Shown here: in pieces, positions 12,982 through 24,175 of the stretch
How the letters are laid out: each line of letters starts with the position of its first letter
Numbering within the stretch: the stretch's first letter is position 1
NCBI GenBank assembly: GCA_043228905.1
Contig: JBHGNT010000011.1
Span: 12,214,001 to 12,278,000 of the forward strand
Length of the DNA: 64,000 bases
Source: Azolla caroliniana
Lineage: Eukaryota; Plantae; Polypodiophyta
Direction: 5' to 3'
The notes under the pieces: generated by a model
Databases searched by the model: none
What the model was told of the DNA's origin: nothing
Seen by the model: the letters and a program-made list of their open reading frames with translations, nothing else
Made by a program: the position numbers and the translations under genes

Positions 12982-13604
12982 TGTTAGGAAATCGACGGTT
13001 TCAAAACCTTCACCTCTCGGCCACAACCGAGAAACACGAGTCAGTGCAGCAGTAAATCCAAAACACAAAGAGAGACTCAAATGCACAGGGTTTAGCGTGG
13101 AAAACCCTAAACGGGAAAAACCACGGGAGTGCAAGACTCCAACTATCACTATACGCAGGGAATGTACAATGGCGAGCTACAAGGCGACGACCTTGAGCTC
13201 GCTGTCCTCGCCACAGGCGGCGGTATTACACAGAGGCGTCAACCTCTTCCTTTCTCTCTCTCTCTCTCTCTCACTCTCGGCTGTTCTCACTTCGCTCCCT
13301 CTAAGTGGAAAACAGAAAAAATGAGCAACAACAACAAAACTATTTGCCCTAAGTCATATTTATACACATATGACTTTCGGGCTATTTACAAATATAGCCT
13401 CAAGGGCCCTTGGCAAACATATTCACAAATATGTCCCCGCATCCGGATCTCTCTCCGGGTACATTCGTCATCCGGCTCCGTAGCCGGGGTCTTCATCATC
13501 CGGCTCCGTAGCCGGGGTCTTCATCATCCGGATCCGGAACCGGGTCTTCATTCCCGATTCCCGGACATCCGACCATCCCATCCGGAGGGACCGTAATCCC
13601 AACA
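12982..13604 (-). repeat. 3' LTR (623 bp) of the copia element
   Basis: tgttaggaaatcg...atcccaaca, nearly identical to 17720-18315 but with one extra 28-bp unit. Confidence 0.95.
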
Positions 13605-13614
13605 AACTCCCCCT

Positions 13615-16600
13615 TCACTTCGGCATGGGATGTCTTTCCAGTCTGACCCTCTTCCGGCACGCTTCCAGCTTGTCGGGTGTGAGCACTTTGGTCAGCATAT
13701 CTGACCCGTTCTCGTTCGTGTGGATCTTCGTCAGCACGAACTCCTGGTCTTCTATCCTTTCCCGGATCCAGTGATATCTTCGCTGGATGTGCTTCGTCCG
13801 GGAGTGATAGGCCGCGTTCTTCGCAAGGTGGATGGCACTTTGACTATCGCAGTAGAGTCGGTACTCCTCCTGCCGGATACCGAGCTCTCTAATGAAGTCC
13901 TTCATCCATATTATTTCCTTGCCGGCTTCAACAGCCGCCATGTACTCCGCCTCCGTGGTTGACAGCGCAACCGTCTTCTGCAGCCTCGACTGCCACGAAA
14001 CAGCTCCCCCTGCATACGTCATCACATACCCTGATGTGGACCGGCTGGTATCTGCATCAGCCGACATATCCGAATCGGTAAAGCTGTCGAGTTCGGGCTT
14101 ACCGGAGCCGAATCGGAGGCACACGTTTGCCGTGCCCTTCAGGTATCGGAGTATCCACTTGGCCGCGTTCCAGTGCTCCTTGCCAGGATTGCTCATGTAC
14201 CGGCTCACCACTCCGACTGCGTATCCTATGTCCGGTCTTGTACACACCATTGCGTACATCAAGCTTCCGACAGCAGAGGCATATGGTACTTTCATCATGT
14301 CCTCCTTCTCAGCCTTTGTCTTGGGGCTTTGCTTGCTGGACAACTTGCAGTTTGCCGGGAGGGTTGAACGGACCGGTCTTGCTTCCGACATGTTGAACCG
14401 GTGAAGTACCTTTGTCACGTACTTCTCCTGTGACAGCCACAACTGCTTCTTCTTCCGGTCCCGGATGATGTGCATCCCTAGTATTTGCCTCGCCGGACCC
14501 AGGTCCTTCATTGAGAAGGTTCGGTGAAGCGCTTTCTTCAGCATCCGTATCTTGACCTGGTCCCGTCCGACGATCAACATGTCGTCCACGTACAGGAGGA
14601 GTATTAGAAAGTCTCCTCCTTCGAACTTCTTCACAAACACGCAGTGATCGGATTGCGTTTTGTGGTACCCTTCGTCGGTCATGAAAGAGTCGAACTTCCG
14701 GTACCATTGCCGGGGAGCCTGCTTCAGTCCGTAAAGGCTCTTCTTCAACCGGCATACCAGGTGCTCCTTCCCTTTCTTCTCGAATCCTTCCGGTTGCTGC
14801 ATGTAGATCTCTTCTTCGAGGTCACCGTGAAGGAATGCCGTCTTCACGTCCATCTGTTCTACCTCGAGGTCCATGCTTGCCGCTATGCTCAGCACCATCC
14901 GGATGGAGGTCATCTTCACTACCGGGGCAAATATCTCGTCGAAGTCGACGCCCTTCTTCTGCTGGAACCCCTTCACCACGATCCTGGCTTTGTATCTCGG
15001 GGGGTTTCCGGCATCTCTCGGTTTCAGCTTGAACACCCACTTGTTTCGAAGTGCCCGCTTTCCTTTCGGCAACTCCACAAGTTCATATGTGTGGTTCTCA
15101 TGCAGGGAATCCATCTCCTCCTGCATGGCACTTAACCACCTGCGGCTATGGGTATCAAGCTTTGCTTCTTCAAAACTCTCCGGCTCCCCCTCGTCGGTTA
15201 GCAGCACGTGCTCTGGTTCCGGAAATCTCCGGGGGGCCCTTCTCTCTCTTAGAGGATATATCCGTTCCGGAGCTTCGGTAACCGGCTCCTCTGTTTCCTC
15301 TTCATCCGAATCCATTTCGGGATCGGGGCCGGTTCCGGTATCAGTTTCATCTTCCTCGGCTGGTTCTGTTTCTTCACCGTCTTCGGCCGGATCCTCGAAT
15401 GCTAACCGGTCCCTTGCCGGTCGGGACTGCTCCTCGTAGAGTTGATCCTCACCGGTCGACTTGGAGCTCTTCATCTTCTTCTCCGACTCCCAGTCGGCGA
15501 GTGTCTTGTCCTCCATGAAGATGATATCTCGACTCCTGAATATCTTCTTGTCGACCGGGTCCCATACTCGGTAGCCGAACTCGTCGTCGCCGTAACCGAG
15601 GAATATGCATGGCCGGGTCTTTGGATCTAACTTCCCTCTCCGGTCCTTTGCCACATGCACGTATGCGAGACACCCGAACACCTTCAAATGCCGGTAGGGC
15701 ACTTCCTTACCGGTCCACACTCTCTGTGGCGTGTCTCCATCCAGGGGTACTGAGGGTGATCTATTTATCACATATGTCGCCGTCGACATTGCCTCAGCCC
15801 AAAATCCCTTGGGTAATTTCGCATGTGCTAGCATACTCCAGACCCTCTCCATTATGGTCCGGTTCATCCTCTCGGCCAGCCCGTTCAGTTCTGGCGTCTT
15901 CGGCACAGTAAACTTGAGCCGGATTCCCATCGAACGGCAATACTCCTCAAATTGCCCTCAGTATTCTCCTCCGTTATCCACTCGTATCGCTTTCAGCTTC
16001 TTGCCGGATTCTCTTTCCACTCTCACGTGGAGTTCTTTGAAGACGGACAATACTTGGTCCTTTGTCTTCAACGGTGCCGTCCACAGCTTCCGGCTATGGT
16101 CATCTATGAATGTTACGAAGTACTGGGCTCCGCCATGTGACTTCGTTTCTACCTGACACACATCAGTGTGCACCAACTCCAATGGTGCGCTACGTCTCGT
16201 CGGTGGCCTTGAGTGGAAGGAGGTTCAGTTCTACTTACCGGCCAGGCAATCGGTGCACTTCTCCAGGTGCACATGCTTCACTGGAATGAGGTTGTCTTCT
16301 GCAAGCCTCTTCATCCCCTTCTCACTCATGTGGCACAGTCTCTTGTGCCACAGCTCACCGGCAGTGTCGACTGCCACGTTCAACTCTTCCGGACACAACC
16401 AGGCATTCATAAGGTACAGTGTGTTGACTTTCCGGGCCCGAGCCACTATCAGGCTCCCCTTGCTGAACTTCATTACGCCATTCCGGATGCTACCTGTGTA
16501 GTCTTCATCGTCTAGCCTCCCGGCCGAAATCAGGTTCAATCGAACCTCCGGAACGTGTCGGACATCCTTCAGCAACATTTTGCATCCGGTCGAGGTTGTC

Positions 16601-17697
16601 AACCACACGTCTCCTATGCCGGCAATCCGGCACGTACCTTCATTTCCCATCCGAACACAGCCATGCTCACCGGCTGTGTAGGATGAGAAGTATCTTCTTT
16701 CCGGGGTCAGGTGGAACGACGCTCCGGAATCGACCACCCAGGTGGTCTCATCGCCGGCAATGTTTAGTTCACCTTCTTCGGTGATGAGCATGATCTCCTC
16801 TTCACTTGCCGCGAGTGCCGTCGTTCCTTTCCGGTCCTGCCCTCGCCGATCCGAACCATTCCGGTCCGTGGCTCCCCGGTAAACACCGTTCCGTTCTGAA
16901 GACTTCTTCGAATCGGTGTCGTCGGCTCCGTTGTCTTTTCGGTAATGCCGACAATTCTTCCGGAAGTGCCCCGGCTTCCCACAGTGGAAGCATGTGGGCC
17001 TTCCTCTTGACTGCGAACAGGTCCCCGACTTCTCCCGTCTTTGCGGACTCCGGTTCCGTTGTCTTCCCCGATCCGATTCGGTAAGCAGCATCTTCGGATC
17101 GGAGGCCGGTTCTTTATCTCTCCGACGCGCTTCTTCGTTCAAAATACTTGTCTTTACCGTTTGTAGGGACAAGTTATCTTCGGTGCAGGAGGTGCTGAGA
17201 GTCACCACCAAGTTCTCCCAGCTTTCCGGCAATGTACACATCAGGATGATGGCTTGCATTGCATCCTCCAACGGGAATTTGATCGCCGCAAGCTGGTTCA
17301 CGAATCCCATGAACGTGCTTACGTGTTCCACCATACTCTCGCCGTCCCGGTACTTGAGGTTCACTATCTTCCTCATCAGGGAGGTCCGGTTCAACGCATT
17401 CTTCCTCTCGTAGAGGCCCGACAGCTTCCGCCACATCTCATATGCGTTGGTGTCATTCGCCACATGTTGTAGAACGCTCACGTCGACGTATTGCCGAATG
17501 GTTGCAACGGCTTTCCGGTTCAGAAGCCTCCATTCCGTCTCAAGTACCCCCTTGGGTATTACCGACCTGTCGATCGGTTCATACAGGTCCCGAACAATGA
17601 GCAGATCCTCCATCTTTATCTTCCAGTCGGCGTAGTTCTGCGCATTCAGCACCATCATCCCCGGTTGCCCGCTGCTGCCGCCTTCCATTTTCTGCAC
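13615..17697 (-). pseudogene. Copia gag-pol polyprotein in one frame with three premature stops
   Basis: ORFs 16231-17697, 15958-16182 and 13615-15930 share a frame. Motifs: CFHCGKPGHFRKNC, WVVDSGAS, LWHKRLCH, LVHTDVC, FIDDHSR, LYGLKQAPRQW, LYVDDM, TKHI. Stops at 16233-16231, 16227-16225 and 15960-15958. Confidence 0.9.
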
Positions 17698-17719
17698 TGC
17701 CGTCGCTCTGATACCAGAT

Positions 17720-18315
17720 TGTTAGGAAATCGACGGTTTCAAAACCTTCACCTCTCGGCCACAACCGAGGAAACACGAGTCAGTGCAGCAGTAAATCCAA
17801 AACACAAAGAGAGACTCAAATGCACAGGGTTTAGCGTGGAAAACCCTAAACGGGAAAAACCACGGGAGTGCAAGACTCCAACTATCACTATACGCAGGGA
17901 ATGTACAATGGCGAGCTGCAAGGCGACGACCTTTAGCTCGCTGTCCTCGCCACAGGCGGCGGTATTACACAGAGGCGTCAACCTCTTCCTTTCTCTCTCT
18001 CTCTCTCTCTCACTCTCGGCTGTTCTCACTTCGCTCCCTCTAAGTGGAAAACAGAAAAAATGAGCAACAACAACAAAACTATTTGCCCTAAGTCATATTT
18101 ATACACATATGACTTTCGGGCTATTTACAAATATAGCCTCAAGGGCCCTTGGCAAACATATTCACAAATATGTCCCCGCATCCGGATCTCTCTCCGGGTA
18201 CATTCGTCATCCGGCTCCGTAGCCGGGGTCTTCATCATCCGGATCCGGAACCGGGTCTTCATTCCCGATTCCCGGACATCCGACCATCCCATCCGGAGGG
18301 ACCGTAATCCCAACA
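17720..18315 (-). repeat. 5' LTR (596 bp) of the copia element
   Basis: Adjacent to the PBS, with TG...CA termini. Confidence 0.95.
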
Positions 18316-19779
18316 AGAAGTGTGTCAACAAATGAACCCATGTAGTTGTCGATTTAGTCTTTGTGGATAAAACCAAGATCAGGATATGGAACTCATCCCT
18401 CCCCGAGAGGGTGAAGGTGTGTTTTTGGCTAATCACCCATTGGGTTGTTCCAACCAGAGAGTGGTTGGGGAAAAGGGGTGGCATGAGTAATTGCAAGGCC
18501 TGTAGAGTGAGTTTGGAGGACATCGCCCATTGTTTATGGAGCTGCCCGCGAGCCCAAGAAGTTTGGACGAGGAGCTTAAGAATTCTGGCTCGATGCGGGG
18601 TTGAAGTTTAGGTATCAAGTGCAACAGTTGTTTGGTTAGCTACTGAATCGGGTGCATGGTTTCATGGGTGGAATGGAAATAGCCCTTCTTTAAAGGTGGT
18701 GAATGGAACAATTCAACTTGCAGCTCAAGGAGATTCATTCTACATACAGGAATGGTACGTAGATGTTTGGTTTTTAGTGGTTGGCCTTATTGTTTGGCAA
18801 GTGTGGGTATCTAGGTGCAAGGAGTCGTTTACCGGGAAGCAAACCCCATCGACTGAGAGTTTAATGACGATTTGGTTTAATCTTATTTCTACGCTACAAG
18901 GAAAGTTTGACAGCCTTCAGGGGCCCTCTGATGTGAGTGAAGAAGCTAGATAGCGCTTCCTTTTTAAATGGAGAGGTTCTCCGATGTTACAGATGGTGGA
19001 TGGCAATGCAAAGTGGATTTATCAGCCATTGGTTGTTTCCTCCTAGGGTACCAAACATAGAGGTAGGTGTTGAATTGTGAAGAGATTGGAGGGTGTCTTT
19101 GCTGAATGTGGATTGTGTGAGGCTCATGTTGAGGGGAGTCTGTCGAGTAATTTTGTGACGAGGCTTTGTTGCTTCATTTATACATGATGTTTTCTTGTAG
19201 CCATTGCAAAGTGGCTTGTAACGGATGAGTTATATACTATCCTATGTACATCTTCTTAACTAATGCAAGTAGAATTGTTTTGGAAAAAAAAGTCCAATAT
19301 TTTCTTCTTTGCTTGATTTATAAGTAAAAGACTTTTCCTTAGAAAACTCTTTGTTAAAGAATCATGTGAAAGTTAACACACAATTTTTGTTTGCACCGAA
19401 CAACAACAACTTAGAAGTTTATAAATTTCTTGAACCATTTGCTTTGAGCTTGGAAATCCTTCAAACAATTTGGTTAAAACAATTTCACATGTTGGTTTCA
19501 TTTTAAATTTTTTAAAACATTTTGGCTTGAAATTGTTTGAGTTTGAGACTTCCAAAGGTATGATCGTAGGAAATCTTCAGTGGCATGGGATGCGGATCAT
19601 GTTTAAGATCCATTTTTATTCCTTCACTTAGGGGTGTTTTGGGAGGACAAGTGCCCTTAATCCATTTCCTTTAATTATATGTTTATTTGCTTAATCATTA
19701 GCCATATCCTTAGTAATAGCCTAGTGGAAAAAGTGAGTCAATGATCTTATGAGTGTTTCATAATTGAGATGGCTAACTA

Positions 19780-21547
19780 CTTGGATAATCCATTACAACA
19801 ATCCAAAGCTTTGATTGCAAAATTGGTGATTCGAGGATTGTTGCTAGGGTTAGAACCTTGGAAACAATTGTTGTTTTATGAATTGCAAAAGTTTTATCCC
19901 AAAATTGGTGGGGATTGGAGGCCTAGTTTTAGATGGCTTTTATGGAACATAACAAGTGGGCTATTGCCACAAACTAGGAAGACAGTTTTGCTCGATTTGT
20001 TCTTAATGCATGGAAAGATGTTTCTCTTGATTTTGTTAAGAGATTGCCAAAAACAGAATTTGAATTCTGTAGACAACCCCTGATTTGGAAATCATGATTG
20101 CCTGACTAGAGAGGACAAATGGTGGGAAGGTGTACTAGATGTGCATGGGCAAAATTAGATTGTGGCCCAACACAGTCTATAGGTGCATGGACAACATTTC
20201 TGTCTAAATCTATAGGTCAACAAATGTTACTGATTAGTAATATAAGGGGTGGGAAGATAATGTATTATGCAATACAAGATGCCCTTTCTAATTTTCAGAT
20301 GCAAATTAGATCTACTACACATAAGTGGATGGGTTTATTTACTCTATGGGATGTTTTAATTGGAGTTAAAGCCTATATTGGGGAACAAGAGTGTATGACG
20401 TTTGATGTATAGGATGATGGTAGGTTAATCTTTACACCTAAGGAAAATAACTTGTTCAGGTTTTGTTTGCATAAAGAAGTGAGGGTGATTGCAAATGATG
20501 GATCAAATTGGGTCTTATACCCAGATCCTCAAAAGGTGAATTCTTTTTGGAGGATTTGGATTATGGAAGGAGACCAATATATAGATTAACTTGGGATCCT
20601 GGAGAACTGTATTGGAAGGTGTGGGTGCAAGATCACATAAAATATGTGCCTTTCTTTCAATATTATGTGAAGATTGGTAAGAAAATATTAGGTGCTAGAT
20701 TATGGAAAGAACCAACTGCAAATGTTTTTTGGAGACGAAATGGACTTGCTGTACAACATCTCAAACAATATTGGAAATGGTGATGGCATATAAAAATGAG
20801 TAGGAAAATTGTTTGTTTCTGTTGGTTGTTGGTTCATAAAGCTATACCAATTAATGGGTGGCGAAATGGAAATGTAGACCAGATGTGCCCTTTCTGTATG
20901 GATTTAATAAAGATGGTTAAACATTGTTTGTGGAACTGTGGTTTTGCTATGGACATATAAAAATGAATTGTAAATTATTAACTCCAGTATATCCTAGAGC
21001 AATGTATACATGGGGAGCGGTATTATGGGCGGCGATACATGATAAACCTATGGTATATGAACAGAAGTAGGTTGCAGATGCTATTGTGATGAGATATGGT
21101 TTGATGGAAAAAAATTTGATACCTTTGAATCCACAAATACAAACTGATAATCAAATATGGCAATCGGTAAGTAGTATTACAATTTGGTATATTTGGAAGG
21201 CTCGATGTTTGAAGGTATTTCAAAATGTGACTAAAAGACCTACTCAAATAATTTGGGGAATTTGGATATAGATTGTGCATAATCTCAGAGGTTTGTTGGA
21301 TAGTATAAAAGGTAATACGCACCGAGTAGAGCTTTTAAGCGTTTGGAGTTTCATGCCATTTGGGACATAGGTATATTTTATAGACTGCTTTTTGATAAGG
21401 TGGAGTGGTTTTACTCAACACCAAAGTATTCATTTAAGTTCATGGTTAGACAAATAAAGAGGATTTGTGGTATATATTGTAAGTTGTATGTATAGCATTA
21501 TGATGTTTTCTAATACTAATGTAGTGTCTTTTTTTGGGGAAAAAAAA
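19780..21547 (+). mobile_element. Degraded 5'-truncated LINE (ORF2 C-terminus) with A-tail
   Basis: PLQQSKALIAKLVIRGLL..EPWK, WLLVHKAIP..CPFC..KHCLWNC and IWYIWKARCLKVF, with many stops. A-run at about 21540-21547. Confidence 0.75.
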
Positions 21548-23641
21548 TTTGATTTGGATCACGTGAGTTTGGTAAACTTATGTGGCATGTAGATTAGGAA
21601 AATTGATGTATGGTGTAATAAAGATGTGTGAAATCATAAACATTTGATCCAAGGACCTCGTGTTAATTTCCAAATAGCTTATTAGTAAGTACTAAGGTAA
21701 TCCGAGAGAGATATATTTAGAGAGAGAGTGTGTGTGTGCATGCGTGCGAGCGCATGCATATCCAAATAGCTTACTAATAGGCAATCCCATAATGAGAGAT
21801 TGTGTGTGTGAGAGTGAGTGTGGTGGGCCATGTGAATTCTAGACATACAATTTCTGGATATCTCCATTGTCAACAAGGTTTCTAGAAAGGTAACAACCCT
21901 CCACTTTCATGTTGTTTTACACGGTACATTACATTTACATATTAAAAAAACAACAATTGTCATTAATTTTTCATGCTCGTTCTTCATATCAGGGTGGTCA
22001 CCTTTCACACTTCTAACACCCCTAGAAAAAGCTCCAAAGAATTTTACTAAAAAACCAACAAATATGTTTTTTAAATACCAAAAACTCACACTTCTAAGTT
22101 CTAGCATCATCAAAATTTAAGAGCTACATTATGTAATATATCAATATGTATATAAATATACATTGAGAATATATTATAATTAATTATCTATACACTTTAT
22201 ATGATAATGATATGTAAAATAAAGTTAATCATGGGCAATGAATAGAAAGATAAGCTATCAAATACAAAGGAATGATCATGGGCAAGCGATGACAGATATC
22301 AACTTAGTACAAACATCGACAAGGTCAAGTGTTTATGATTATAATTGTCATAGATTGTATTGATAAAGGTTCAAAGATGAGGCAAGAATTGTTGTGCATG
22401 GATATTCAATTCAATGCAATGTATAAAAATTTAAGTACATGACTCATAATCAAATAAACTGGAAAGTTGCCCTATAGTACAAGATAGGAAGAGAAACAAC
22501 TGAGGTATGGAGAAAGAAGTAGATGAATAAAACGGACAGATCGATCATATGAGAAGAAAGGGGCTAATAACTACTTTAATGGATCTTGGGCTAGAGGGGA
22601 TAAAAAATGTTGATAACTTCACATTGAGTATATGCTACAAATGTGAGCAACCTTACATCGAGGTCTCGTACTTACACACATGTGACATGCCATATAGTAA
22701 AGATAATAAGTTGTAAAGTAGAGCAATGTCATTTCCACAAGAACCATGGAACGTTGTCAAAACCATGTCATCAAACTCACTACTAAGGACGTTACGTTTC
22801 AATGATGCAATTGTCTGGAGGCATACCAAATGAGGTGAATGTAGGAGGCACAGTTATTAATGTCGTTGAACTTGTAGTGTCAAAGACCCTTGCATGCAAA
22901 TTTGATGGATTGATCTCGATTTGATGCATGGAACTAATAATTAATATGGTGAATACATTCCATGTGAATACATACCTTCAAGTATCATAACTCATTTTCT
23001 AGAGCCATCCATGCATGTGAGATATACAAAGGTTGATCAAAACACTGTCTAAAGTTAGCGGATACAATGTTACAGAGCCCTTCAAGGCACCACAAGGCAA
23101 CAACACTTTAGCGCATAAAATCCTCCACACATTTTTTGATGATGGTTTGGTAGATTACGTCAAAACCATCCAAAAAAGTCGATTAACACAATCTTGTAAA
23201 AGCTTCAAATGAATCTTCAATGCAAGTTGAGGCAATGGTCATCACCTCTAAAGTCTCGACTAATGTAAGAATGTTAAAGTAACCTTTCTTATACAATATC
23301 TGCATTCCATCGAGAATCCTCCGCATGTGTGACGTGACGGAGATGTGGAAAAGTGTACACATAAGTTTTGTGTCCTTTGCTACAATGGTTGGTTGATGAG
23401 GGGATGCGGTCTCCCGGGCTAGTGGGAGGTGATCAGGACAATTGAAAGAAGTTTAGAGAGGGGATTCAAGCATCCTCTCGAATCCTTGTCCAAGTGTGTG
23501 CAAGTGATTATGGGTGGGGACAGGACGATGGCAAACCGAAAGCTATCAGAGAGCACCCACCCCTGTAGAGCTTGCCCATGATGATGCCTGCACCCCCACC
23601 CCTGATCGCATATGCTGGACTCCTCCTGGTCTCGAAGGCCC

Positions 23642-23822
23642 GGAACCTTCTAGAAGGTAGGGTGGGTGCACAACCTTCTAGAAGCTTCCACGCGGTAAAA
23701 CCAAGCGAAGAAGAAGAAAGGCTTCCGTGCTGGTTTTCCGCTGTTCTCGGGACTCCTCTCGGTCTCGAGGGAACCGGAACCTTCTAGAAGGTGGTAAGCT
23801 ACAGAACCTTCTAGAAGCTTCC
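23642..23822. promoter_or_regulatory. Cluster of four heat-shock-element (nGAAn inverted pentamer) arrays upstream of the DUF1068 gene
   Basis: gGAAccTTCtaGAAg 23642-23656, cTTCtaGAAgcTTCc 23675-23689, gGAAccTTCtaGAAg 23776-23790 and aGAAccTTCtaGAAgcTTCc 23803-23822. Function is untested. Confidence 0.55.
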
Positions 23823-24175
23823 AAGCCGCAAAAACCAGGGGAAGAAGAAGAAACGGCTTGCTCGTTGTCTGGCATCGTCACCGCTGTAAGAAGCTCTGCA
23901 TCTCAGTCGAGAGTCCAGCAGAAATTAGGGTTTCTGGTCCCCCCCCATGAAGCAGAGCGCATTCTCTGCATCTCGAAGAAGAAAAAGAGGAAGAAGAAGA
24001 AGAAGAAGGAGAAAAACAGCAGAGCATCAGAACTGAGAAGGTTCAGCTCATCTGTACTGAAAAACCAGGCAGAAATCAGCGTTTCTGTTCTTTCCATGAA
24101 GAAAAACGCATCCTCTACATCAAGAAGAAGAAGAAGAAGAAGAGGGACGTTAGAGTACCCAAAGTAGCTCCAGCC

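Larger units (their letters stand above)
12982..18315 (-). mobile_element. Full-length Ty1/copia LTR retrotransposon (Tnt1/Tork-like), recent insertion
   Basis: TG...CA LTRs at 12982-13604 and 17720-18315. 5-bp TSD AGAAG at 12977-12981 and 18316-18320. tRNA-iMet PBS TGGTATCAGAGC at 17716-17705. PPT at 13615-13605. Domain order gag-PR-IN-RT-RH. Confidence 0.97.
12010..19291 (+). mobile_element. 5'-truncated L1-type LINE (ORF2 C-terminal part) interrupted by the copia insertion
   Basis: 12010-12981 encodes IRGFLW...KVSWSTLILPKSKGGLGLI. The frame resumes after 18320 with a zf-RVT-like WLITHWVVPT..CKAC...ED..HCLWSCP..QEVW. An A-tail lies at about 19284-19291. Confidence 0.8.

Noticed and set aside
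13720-17635. Many overlapping plus-strand and alternative-frame ORFs within the copia
   Set aside because: Shadow ORFs of GC-rich gag-pol with no recognisable domains.
23727-24167. 146-aa Lys/Arg-rich ORF before the DUF1068 start
   Set aside because: Produced by (GAA)n tracts and the duplicated promoter module, and best explained as promoter/5' UTR.
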